The notes under the pieces: generated by a model | Databases searched by the model: none | Told to the model about the DNA's origin: nothing | The model's input: the letters and a program-made list of their open reading frames with translations, nothing else | NCBI GenBank assembly: GCA_904063045.1 | Contig: CAJFCJ010000019.1 | Coordinates: forward strand, 2,920,684 to 2,984,683 | Direction: 5' to 3' | Length of the DNA: 64,000 bases | Source of the DNA: Dimorphilus gyrociliatus | Lineage: Eukaryota; Animalia; Annelida | Made by a program: the position numbers and the translations under genes | Shown: positions 23,851 through 35,933 of the stretch, in pieces | Layout of the letters: every line of letters begins with the position of its first letter | Numbering within the stretch: position 1 is the stretch's first letter

Positions 23851-24502
23851 AGTATTTCGTAATTTTTGGTACGAAAAGGCCATAACAACAGCAGCGCCAC
23901 CTATTTTGAAATAGCTTTTGTACTAATTATTTTAACGTTGTACTTAACAAGAGTTTTATTATCTACTTATATTTGCCCCAACTTAAATCTCCTTAAAGTT
24001 ACTTTATCATCTCTTAAATTATTATTTTTAATATTTTACAGCTGAAAGAGTAGAATTTGATATAACGAAATCTCTCGTAAATAAATGATTAGAACACAAG
24101 AGCATTATTTACTTTCTTTTATAGCCTGCTTATCAACCCTAGGTAATCGCGACCTTCAGCGTTGAATTTCGTTATTGTATGATAAGACCATCGAATGAAA
24201 TTGATATTGAACCAACTTATGTACTTGAATTCAACTAGTATTGTTTTCAGTCATTCTCTTCTTGAAAATATTAGAATAAGTTGATGAAAAACGCGAAATT
24301 CAGGACAAATTAAATTTAAAAATACATTCAAAATATCTATTTTGACCATTAAGATGTTCAAGTGCCCCCCAAATCTTAAAAAAAATGACACTCCAAAGTG
24401 TAATAAATTAAATTTCTAGTTCCAGCCGGTTTAATGTAAAATAAAAATGCTTGAATTTCGACGGAGAAGTCACAACGGTTTGGTAAAGCAAAGAGGCGAA
24501 GT

Positions 24503-27500
24503 ATGAAATCAACTGGAGAAAAAGTGAGAAGAGATCCATTCGCTCAATCAAGTTTTATTTCAAAACTTTTCTTTTGGTACTATCATCTATTTTGTTTGTT
24601 TGAAAGCTTTAATGTCAATCTAATATCTTTCTTTCGTTTTTAGGTGGTTGAATCCACTTTTTAGAAAATGTCACAAACAAAGTTTAACACCAAAAGATGT
24701 TTATGACGTTCCAATGATATGTTCAACTGAAAGAACTGCGAAAAATTTGAAACAGTAAGCCCCATAGAGATTTTTTAAATATAGTAAACTATATATACGA
24801 CAAATCTTCATTAATAGGCACTCGCTCCTCAGAGAGAGTGGTTAATTCACATAATGTGAGAAATACGAAAATCAACAGAAGAATTATTACATGCACTTAA
24901 GTCGTTCTCTGTCTGTATGAATAGAAATAAACTTTCGTTCATTAACTTTAGATACTGGGACAAAGAATGTATGAAGATGAAGAGAGGTAAAGAACCGTCG
25001 CTGCTTCTTGCCGTGTTGGCATGTTTCAAATGGCACTTTATTTTTGCAGCAACTGGCTTTACTGCTCTGGTACGTCGTATACAATATAGAATAATTTTGA
25101 TGTGAAACTAATTAAATTTTGCTAAATATAGTACTACCTGCAACTGGCTCCCCCTTTATTGACCGGATACCTATTGGATTATTTCGATAGCCCTCCAAAT
25201 ATTAGTGAGAAAAGTGCTTGGCTCTACGGCCTTGGATTGGCTATAGTCTCTCTTTCATCGTGGCTACCAGGAGTCATCATCGCCCATGCAGTAGCCATAT
25301 GTCCAACTTGTTTACGAGCATCTTTTAGTGCTCTTATTTTTAAAAAGGTAATATTCTTAACAAAAAGTAAAATTCAATTAATTATCGTTTGATCTAGACA
25401 CTGCTGTTAAGCTCAACTGGACGATCGAAAACATCAACTGGCCAAATCATGACATTCCTCTCGACAGATCTTGAAAAGTTTTATTGGGTATATTTTCAGT
25501 AAATAATTTTATGTTCTTGTTTAATGATTTATTACGTATTTCAGTTTTTTCTCTACTCGAGTTACGTAATTATCTCTCCAGGTCTAGCAGCTGTTATTGG
25601 CTATATGCTTTACAGAGAATTCGACTACTATGGTCTAGCAGCTATTGGTATTTTAGTTTTTTTGGTTCCAATCCAACATTTTGTGGCACGTCTTTATGGT
25701 AAACTAAGGTAGCTATCGATCAATTAGTGAGTTAATTGAACAATATGTAATTAGAAAACATCATTTCTTTTATACAGAGTTAACATAGCTGATGGAACTG
25801 ATGCTCGCTTGAATATGATGGAACAAGTTCTTTCTGGTATGAGAGTTATCAAGATGTACTGTTGGGAGAAACCATTTGAAAAAATTCTGACTAGATTGAG
25901 AGATAATGAAGTGAATTACATTCGAAAATCGTATTTTATAAGAGGCTTAAATTGGGTCGGATACTTCGCTATTGGAAAACTATCGCTTTTGGCCATAATA
26001 ATTCCATATGTGTTAACTGGTAATACGCTAAAACCTAAAACAATATATGTGACGATAGCATGGATTGAAGTATTGAGACCTGTAGTATTTTGGTTCTTAC
26101 CCACTAGTATTGAGACAGTAACCGAAATTAAAGAATCTCTAAGGAGAATACAAGTTTTTCTCTTACTTGAGGAAAAGTGTGCCGATGACGCTCCTGTAGA
26201 AGTTTGGGAAGATGAAGACACTGTAATTAAGCTATTAAACTTGGTAACTGTTTGGCCAACAAAAGAGCAAGAGTCAGGATTTAAAATGAAAAAGCTGGAC
26301 TTTACCGCTAAGAGAGGGGAACTAATTTCAGTAGTAGGCCAAGTTGGTTCTGGGAAAAGTTCATTCCTATATACTTTATTAAATGAAATGCGTATTGAAT
26401 CGGGTAGTAGGAAAATAAATGGAGTTTTATCCTACGCCAGTCAGGAAGCATGGATATTTTCTGGTTCTGTGCGAGATAATATTTTATATAATCAACCTTA
26501 TGAGGAAACTCGTTATAAAGCTGTTATTAGAGCATGTTGTTTAGAAGATGATATAAAAGGCTTTCAAAATGGTGACCGGAACTTTGTTGGAGAAAATGGA
26601 TCAGCTTTGAGTGGAGGACAAAAGGCAAGAATCAACCTGGCTAGAGCTGTTTACAAAGAAGCTGATGTTTACCTTTTGGACGATCCTCTCAGTGCAGTAG
26701 ATACTAAAGTCTGTAAACGAATTTTCAATGATTGCATTGAGGAGTTTTTAGGTGACAAAACAAGAATCTTAGTCACTCATCAAGTACAATTCTTGAAAAA
26801 AGTTGATAGAATTTTAGTTTTACAAGATGGAAAAACAATTATGGATGGCCCATACGAGGAATTTCTGAATAAACAGACGCAATATTTCCCTGTATTATCT
26901 ATGATTCAGAATAATGAAGATAATCAGTCACTGGATGATGTTTCCTTGCACTCTTTTACTACCCACAGAGTTCGTACTAGAACGATGAGCTTTGGTGAAG
27001 AGGAAACGCGACAGAGAGTTCTTAGTGTGACTTCAATCGACGCAGTCAGCCCAACTGGAGTACAGATTGGTACCGTAATGGAAGAATACGAAGGCCTCGA
27101 AGATAACGAAGGCTCTAGCTTTGAAACAAAAAGTTCGGCTAAGCAGACTTTCATTTCTCTTCTCGATTATATCAAGGCTGGAAAGGGGGGTATTTTCTTA
27201 CCCTTTCTTTTAGTAATATCTGTATCCGCACAAGTCTTGTATATTTTCATTGATGTTTTATTAACAAAGTGGGCTGAGGATATGTTTGAAACTGAAAGGA
27301 AAGGAGACAATCATAGTAACTTTCTAGATAAAGATACTTATCTCCCCCTATCTTCGGGACTTACAGGAGCAATGATTGTTGGGGGTATAGCCAGATGTTT
27401 ATTGTTCTATTCCATGACTGCATGTGCAAGTCGAGTACTTCACGCAACAATGTTGAAATCCGTTTTAAGAAGCCCCACGCAATTTTTCAACACAAACCCT

Positions 27501-29216
27501 GTAGGACGGATTTTAAACAGATTTTCGAGAGATCTTGGATTTATTGACGAATATCTTCCGTATATCTCCTTCGATGTTCTCTATGTAAGTTTTTCTTAAA
27601 ATCAATGATTTTATGTCTAATTAACTTTTTTCTATTTTTAGTTCTCTATTCATTATTTGGGTGTGTTAGTTTACACAGTTATTTCCAACCCTTGGATGGG
27701 TCTGATGGTCGCTCCCGTTCTATTTATTGTTTTCATAGTACGATATTTCGCTGTTCCAGCAATCCGGGAAATGAAAAAATTAGAGGCACTAGCAAGAAAT
27801 CCGGTCTACACACAATTCGATTCAATGCTCAAAGGTATTAACACAATAAGAGCGTTAAAAAGCGAGAAATTTCATGAAAAGACATTCATGACTCAACAAG
27901 ATGCGCATTCGGCTGCGTGGTTTCATTATGTAATGTGTGATAGATGGTTTACTAACAAACTTGAAATAATCGTCGGGTCATATATCACGGGACTTGTATT
28001 CGTTTCTATTGCAACTTCAACAAGTAAATAGCATTCTATCATCTCTTTCATAAATTTAATCTATTCATTTTCCTTAAAGGTTTGGATCAAACATCTTTTG
28101 GATTATCTATTATCTATACTCTAGGAATGTTGAGTATATTCCAATATATTGTTCGCCGTACAGTTGAACTTGAAAGTACCGTAAGTCTCGATAAAGATGT
28201 TTGTTTTTTTTAAAAAAGTTTCATTGTAAAATATTTTATTTCATTCATAGTTAACATCAGTTCAAAGAGTTAGTCAATATGGAAGTCTACCTATGGAAGC
28301 TAGATTTGAATCTGACAACACTCCAGGACCAGCGTGGCCTGAAAATGGATCTATAAAATTTGATTGCGTTTCGCTTTCCTATGACCAGAATGAGGTGTAT
28401 CAATTATGTAATGTCTCATTCGATGTAAAAGGAGGTGATAAAGTTGGAATTGTTGGTAGATCAGGAGCTGGAAAGAGTACAATAATGACAGCTATATTAC
28501 GTCTTGCGGAGCCAGAGGGAAAAGTAATAATTGATGGTATTGATGTCAGTCAAATTGGCTTACATGAACTGCGAATGGTTATAAGCATTATTCCTCAAGA
28601 TCCTATTCTTTTCACTGGAACTCTTAGGGAAAATATGGATCCTTTCTCTGAATTTAGTGACGAAGAGATCTGGAATGTACTCCGGAATGTGCAAATGAAA
28701 AATAAAATATTCGGAATCGTTGGACAACTATTGAGTCCTGTGGAGGCCTCTGGAAGCAACTTTTCGGCCGGTGAACGTCAATTGCTGTGCCTAGCAAGAG
28801 CAATGTTGAGGAAAAATAAAATTTTGATTATCGATGAGGCAACTGCAAACGTTGACTCGAATACTGATTCTTTAATACAAGAGGTTGTAAGGGAAAGATT
28901 TGAAAATTGCACGGTTTTGACTATTGCCCACAGATTGGAGACAATTATAGATTCTGACAGAGTATTTGTTGTTGATGCTGGTAGAATAGCTGAGAATGAT
29001 CATCCTTATAATCTGCTTCAGAATGAAGCTGGACTATTCTATAAACTTGTTGAACAGGGTGGTAAAAAGAAAGCAGATTCTCTTAGACAAAGCGCCTACA
29101 ATTCATATTTGGGGCATTCTCCTCAATATGTTAAATCCGGAGGTCTATCAGCTGTTCCTGAAATATCACATATAGATCTTATTGAAGATGATGAAGAATC
29201 CACCGTTCACTTGTAG
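24503..29216 (+). CDS. ABCC4: ABC transporter subfamily C (MRP4/ABCC4-like, no TMD0)
   Basis: N-terminus DPFAQSSFISKLFFW|WLNPLF; NBD1 GQVGSGKS and LSGGQKARINLARAVYKEADVYLLDDPLSAVD; NBD2 GRSGAGKS and NFSAGERQLLCLARA..ILIIDEATANVD; PVGRILNRFSRD. Confidence 0.92.
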
Positions 29217-29579
29217 ACTGCTACAAGACAAGAAAGGATTTTAATTGACATTAAACTTTTTAAAGGTTATTTTTAATATATAATGCTATACTCATTTTAA
29301 TTCTACTGCATAATGTCATCTATAATGCTTAATTTCAGTATCATAACTTTTAGTATAGCAATGTATGTATACTTGTTAATTATTTAAAACACATATATAT
29401 ATAAATTTATATATATATTAGTAAATATGTATATATAATCAATATTAATATATACTGTGTATATATATGTTTATTGTATTTGCATTCATTAAGTAAATTA
29501 TATGTTTATATTGGCCGCATCGGCCGGTATCACTCTATGATCTTCATCTTGACAGTTATTTAAGAATACATTTTTTTGG

Positions 29580-32577
29580 CTATTTAATTATTGCCAGTAG
29601 CATGTTTTTGAAATCCTTCTTACATTCTTTATCAATTGTTGTCTCCAACGTTTCACTATAGGTTTTCTGATAACATTTCTTGATCTCTGGTAGGTCAATC
29701 TACACAGAAGATTATTAATGAGTTAACAAATTGTATTGCCTTTATATATTATTATAATATTTTTACCTCTTGCCTGGATACTATCAAGCGAATAAGCATG
29801 TCGTCATCGTTCGTTGTTAAAGATTTACGAATTTTTTGTGTAAACAATAAAACTGGATCTTGAATGGCTCGAACTATTTACAAAGTAAAGATCTTTCAAT
29901 ATTTTTTTAATACTAGCCTAAATACACCATTTACCTAAAATACAAAAGCTCAATTCATCGTCACCTTCTTGGTTTGTTTTGATATCATCCAGAAGGTCAT
30001 TGGAGGCAAGCTGTTAACAATACAATTAAAACTGTTAGTATTTCCTTCAAGAAGCTTCGTTACTCTTCGGACACTTACTATTTTATACTGATTGATTATT
30101 TCTTTAGCCTGATTTTTACTGTTCTTTGCTAAAGCCTCAATGAGTGATGCGTCACTTAATCCAGCCTGTTTTTAGAGATAATAAATAAGAGGACAATATT
30201 CTTCAAGGGTGGACTTACCTCAATTAGCATTTCGGCATTAGCTTTGGCTTCGTTTATATCAATTTCTCCATCTTTTGGACCATCGTAAACCAACAAAGTG
30301 TTAAGAAGTGTTTTAAAACCTCCGCTAGTATCATCGGCGATATCTTCAGAAAGATCCGATTTATATATCTTATTGTAGTCACTAGATATAGCTCTAATTT
30401 CCTGCATAGATAGAATATTAGATATTAGATAACAGAGAGTATTCTATTCACAAACTTTAGAATTCCTCGTTGATAGGATTGTTATTAATACATTTTCATC
30501 AGTGCCCAATCCTTTAACAGCCTTATTTAAACAATACGCATCATACTCGGATGGCGTCATTAGGAGAGCTAATATCAATTCTTCAAAATCTCCGCTTAAT
30601 TCGGATTTTAGAACATCGCTTAAATCTTTTTTATACTTTTCTGAATATTGCTTCTTTAGTTCTTGCCTTTGTTTATTATTACGTCGGGCAAAAATTTCTA
30701 TTAAATCATCTTCATTTGTACCCCAGCCTTTAATAGCATCTTGTATTCTATCAATTTCCTTGTTTGGTGACTTGCTATCTTTCTTCCGTGGAGTAACACT
30801 ACCTTGCTTTGTGGGCGAAGCGACGTCACGTCTGGGAGATATCATTGGTCCCTTCTTTCTTAAGGGATTATTTTCTAGATTATCTTCCGTTGATCCTTTG
30901 CTGACATCTGGCCGTTTGAGTGGAGCCTTTCTTGGAGGAGGAGGAATTGGAACGCCATTAACTCTTCTTCCGGGAGACTAATTCACATAATTTGAATTAA
31001 TAAATATCAAAAGGAGTTATGTTACTACTCACCTTATCTTTTTGAGGTTTACTTGGAGGATATTTTTGAGGTAACTGAGGCACTTTCGCAGCGATCTGCG
31101 CGATTAAAGGGCCAGCCTTGTCACCGCATTTTTTTAGAATAGATTCAATCAAATCTTGACCATAAATCTTTCTGTAAGCCTTACGTATGGAAGGCGTATC
31201 TATCTGCATTACGAGACCAATTGCTAATGTTATTTTTCACTAAATAATGATAAATTTACTTGATACCTCTGAACGAATAAGTAGCAAGTGCACGAGTTCT
31301 GGGTTATTCGGTTTTAACATTTTATGAAGACTTTCAGCGAAATATTTTTCGCTCGAAGACAAACAGGACACTGATTTACGTACATTCGCTTAAAAACTTA
31401 TGAAAGAATATTCAAGTTATCTTACCTAATACTTTAACTGTTTTAATGTAATCTTGAGAGCATGCATCCTTAGCCATTGTCTCTGTTAAATCTTCTCCAC
31501 CGGATACCTTTGTAAAGTTAGATTCTAGCAGTTTTCAATTAATATCTATCAAATCTTACGTTTCTATACAAAGTTATAATGTAACTCAATTGATGCAGGC
31601 AGCTTACAGAAACCTTTTTATGAAAGATCCCACCAGTTGTAAATCGCCTCTCATCACCTTCAAATAATTCTAAGGCATCGTTATTTGCTTGAGTTTTATC
31701 AATCTCTTCATATTTTTCTGTCTATTTGCAAAACGTTATTAATCTATGATTATTGTTTAATGTTATGACTGCAAACCTGAAATAATGCTTTCAGAAAAGA
31801 TCGACTATCCTCATCCTTAATATGCTCATCAATTAAATCTTCCAGAGGCTTTTTATTAACTATAGAAAACAATAGAGATAATTACAGGTATATACTTAAT
31901 TATAAACTCTAACTTTTAACAAGGGCTTTCTTTGTTCCAGCAATTGAAGCAGGTGGTCTAGAACAGCAATATTCAACTGCGGTTGCCGAATCATTATTCT
32001 ATAATTGATATAAAAACATTTTGTTTATAAAAGTCATTAAAAGTAGTTCGAAAGGTTATTATCTCACTTCGATAGCTCTTGACAAAATTTCTGCATCTTT
32101 AGAGTCTCTATTTGACAGTAGACAATCAACCATAAAGTGTAGATCTGCATGTGTACCATCTTTTAATTCAGTTTCTAAGTCCTAAAGAAACTAGAGTGTA
32201 TAAAATAGTTTTAATATGAGCAAATATTTACCAAGTCGAATTTTTCAAAGAATTTCTGCTTAATTTGCATTCTATGGGCATGTGTTCGTCTTATTAAACA
32301 CCGGACAATAACTTCCTCCGCCCTTGCTAAAATACATAATAATATTTTCTATACTAAGTAGGCCTAATACAGCGTAGTTTTAGCTCACCTAATTTTTTAC
32401 AAGCTTTGAACAGTTGTTTTGTGTCATTTTCCACGATAGACTCCTATAAATAAAATATTTTCTATTAACTATAAAAATCTATAGATTTATAATTTAAATT
32501 CAACCGAGTGAATATGTTAGCAAATAATCCTTACTGACCTTGTGATCATATTCTCTTGGAGTGGCTTCTTTGTTATT
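29580..32577 (-). CDS. Annexin with two tandem four-repeat cores (degenerate N-terminal core, Pro/Lys-rich linker, more canonical C-terminal core); start exon not identified
   Basis: C-terminal core: KGWGTNEDDLIEIFARR..LKSELSGDFEELILAL, KGLGTDENVLITILSTR..IADDTSG, LIRLIVSRQE|IDL. Upstream exons give a second annexin pattern: EEVIVRCLIRRTHAHRMQIKQKF, DLETELKD, EIDKTQANNDALELFEG, LLIRSE, DLIESILKKCG. Confidence 0.85.
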
Positions 32578-32921
32578 CTTTAATAAGTTATAAAACACAA
32601 ACAGATTAATTTCAAGATATTAAAGTGTCTAATCAATGCTTTTTCTTTTGCGTTATATATGTTATTTCATGATCTTGTTTAGTGAATTTTTTTTCCTAAT
32701 ACAATTGGCGTAATGATCATAATGATTTTTCAACTCGTCTTCAATATCCTCTTGCAAATGATCAATATTAAAAAGAGACAATTTTTAACTGATTCAAGTA
32801 TCTATGATACAAATTATTGCGAGAATTGATCTATTTCAATAATGTATATGTATAACTATAAATAGTTGTTGCTTAAACATTGATATTTGTGAAAGTTATC
32901 AAGTGTGATAGTTAAAACTTG

Positions 32922-34159
32922 TTAACGTGAACTCAAATCATTCGAAATCTTATTAAATATATAAAAAAACTAATACCTTTTGTTGAGTTTTAACTTTGTT
33001 TAATTTCTTTCCTTGTGATTCCCGCCCTCCTTCTTTTGAATCCTGTTCAAATAGATCGATATAAGCAGAAGTTTTTTTAATCTTAGTAATTTAAGAAGCT
33101 TGAAAGCGTATGGATTAACAGAGATTGAGACAGCCTTATAAATAGAACTTACAACTGCACTCCGGCTAGGCCTAGAGGTAGTATCATCTTCGAAGTCACT
33201 TTCGTAATCGTATCTCTGCACATTTCACAACATAAAGCAAGGCTTTCAGTCATAACATCAAAAGAAAGAAGTCAAAAAAAAAACATGCATATGTGTAACA
33301 TTACAATAAAAATGAAATTTGTTGATTTAATAATAATAATAAACTTAAAGATTTGAATGTCACGAAAAGAGGAATACTGTTAAATCGTAACTTACATTAC
33401 TGCTTGACCGTTTGTTTCTAGGTGTAAAAATGTCATATTCTTTTGTTGTTTCCCTCCACATGTCCAAAAAATATTCATGTTTATGAAAGTCTTGTTCCTA
33501 TTCAAATGAATTTAATGAATGTATAAAATCTTTAATAAAAGTTAATTAACTGACCCAATTATTAACATTATATAAAGGTTGAACCGAATCTAAATATTTG
33601 GCAATCTTCATATTTTCGTCGGCAATCCTTTCTTGCTGTTTTTCTCTATGACCATGATTCAAACTGCAATAAAATAATTCAATAAAAAAAGGGAAATATT
33701 GGAAGATATATCTTTTAATTAAAGTAAATATTTGCCTTTTTTGTTGATATTCATTCCAGTTATCAACCAATCCTCTATGTTTCATAATGTTTGTAAGTCT
33801 TCTCAACAATAGTTCGTTATTGTGATCAATTTCAGCTTGTTTCTCTTCTTGTATCTATTCAAGTGTAAACTTAAAGAAAAGGTACTTTGTTCATTATCAA
33901 CATACTTGTATCTTTTTCAATCTCAAATCCAAATGGGGATATCTCTTTGGTGTTGAATTGTTGACGCCAGATTTCATAGCATTTATCTAAATTAAACACA
34001 TTTATTGAAATTAACAAATTATACAATCTTATCGAATGTTAGCAAAATATACAATGGGTTTCGAACCTTCTGATTATGAATTCTTTGCTTTCTCTCCTCC
34101 CATTTCTTCTGTAAAAGTTTACTGCCAGCCGGAAAAGTAAAGCCGGATACCTTCGGCAT
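32922..34159 (-). CDS. CFAP97-domain (KIAA1430/hemingway-like) ciliary protein; 3' end uncertain
   Basis: MPKVSGFTFPAGSKLLQKKWEERKQRIHNQK|INAMKSGVNNSTPKRYPHLDLRLKKIQ|IQEEKQAEIDHNNELLLRRLTNIM..SLNHGHREKQQERIADEN..P.Y follows the CFAP97-domain pattern. Confidence 0.75.
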
Positions 34160-34218
34160 AGTTTTTCCTGTGTTCTTCCACCCCGTCCAAAAGGCTAAAT
34201 TCTACAATAAATTAAGTC

Positions 34219-34232
34219 GTTTTCATAGCGAC
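34219..34232 (-). promoter_or_regulatory. RFX X-box upstream of the CFAP97-domain gene
   Basis: GTCGCTATGAAAAC on the minus strand fits GTHNYYATRRNAAC, 60 bp upstream of the ATG. Confidence 0.55.
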
Positions 34233-34976
34233 AACTAAAAACATATTGAAAATATAAGGTGAAGGAAACGTCTGCTTTGAACGGTTATATTACGACAAAC
34301 AAACTCTTATTGAACGAACAGTTTTGCAACGAATACGAAAGAACTGATCAATTATATAAGAAACTATGTAATTACAAGATTTAAGGATTTATTTATTCAT
34401 TAAATAAAAGAGACTACATTTCGAAAAGTTTAGAAAGTAACGTTAACTATTTATAATTACTTTCTCTTTTCACTTTATACATAAATTCTTACTTACATTG
34501 TTTCTACGTAGTTAAAGCTTGTATGATACGTTCAGAGAAAGAAACTATCCGATTCGATATCTGAAATGTTGTATAATTCAAGATTATACACTTTTTTCAA
34601 TCTGATTAAAATGAATATAAGAAAAAAAGGGAAATTGTATAGACCCTGTTCTAAAGTCGTTAGCGTTACCGTTGCCAACAAGTATAGGTCTATATGAATG
34701 GATTTTATACGAATGACTATGCAGTGTAAATATAAGATTTATATTCGACTGTCGAGTGCCACAGGAAATTAAGCGATTTCGGTTGAATATCACAATGAAA
34801 CTTTATGAAAGCAATCGATCTTAGAGTTTTTCCCCACCATTTAAAGTTTAATAAATATATCTGTTGAAAATTCTTACATGTAAAAAAACAATACACTTGT
34901 AGCTAAATCTTAAATAGGCTTAAACTGATAAGTTAACAACGAGATAACGTTCAATTTTGCTGGAGTCATATTAAAT

Positions 34977-35786
34977 ATGGCTTCAGGTCAAAACAACAAT
35001 GATCCACCAGCTATATCTATAATTTTTGTAAGTAATTTTCGTCTTTATAGTCGTATAATGTAATTTAATCAAAAATACTAACAGAACAACTATGAAAGTC
35101 CCCCGCCGTATTCAACTGTACAATTAACGACAAATGTAAATCCTAGTGAGTCAACTGAACCGCCTCCATATAATGATAACGTTTATCCCCATGAGCCTCC
35201 TCCAACCTACAACAGCTTATACGGTCAAGTAATGGAAGCTAGAAACCAATCATCTAGCTCAATCGATTTTATTAATAAACTTTTAAATATTTTAAAGGTT
35301 TCATTGGGTTATATATTGTTCTTTTGTATTTCCCTTGCTTTATCATTATCGTTCATCGTTATGGGGATTAAGTACAGAAACCAATGTCAGCTAGATAGAC
35401 GAATACCCATATTTATGATTTTTGGAGGTTGTATGTGGATGATTAAAAATTTATTGTATATAGGCGAGAGTATATATTTTACGTGTCGAAAGGACAGGGA
35501 GGAGAATGAGAATGAGTATGGAAACTCATCAGCATGCGTATCCAGAACTCACACGTTTTTAAGTATCTGTCTATTTCCGTGGTTTATAACAATGAACATT
35601 TGGATGTTTGTTTTGTTTTCAAGAGTTTCATCAGATGCAAACGATGAACGTTACTGTAATTCAGTGTTCTTCAATTTCGTCTTTGGCTCCCTACTATCTA
35701 TTGTTCTTGCTTATATGTCAGTCTTATTTATTTTGTGTGCCTGTCGAGGTTTCCGTCCCAAAGAAAATACAACCTCAGAAAACTAA
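34977..35786 (+). CDS. TMEM272-like four-helix membrane protein with N-terminal PPxY motifs, 2 exons
   Basis: MASGQNNNDPPAISIIF|NNYESPPPY..EPPPY..EPPPTY; four hydrophobic segments; C..DRRIPIFMIFGG and YC..VFFNFVF patterns. Confidence 0.7.
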
Positions 35787-35933
35787 GTTTACAAAGTCAA
35801 ATTAATATAAAACATAAATATTAAGGTAGAGAGTGTTTGCGTATGTTTAGTACCGATCCTTTATTGACCTTTCAGTCTTCAACGTTCTTTAAATATCTAA
35901 AAAGGGAAGGAGCTGATATATTCTCTTTTAAAT

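Noticed and set aside
29390-29475. TA-rich low-complexity stretch with palindromic character
   Set aside because: Simple (TA)n-like sequence in the convergent 3' UTR region; no specific structure supported.
30502-30981. 159-aa plus-strand ORF
   Set aside because: Antisense shadow of the annexin exon.
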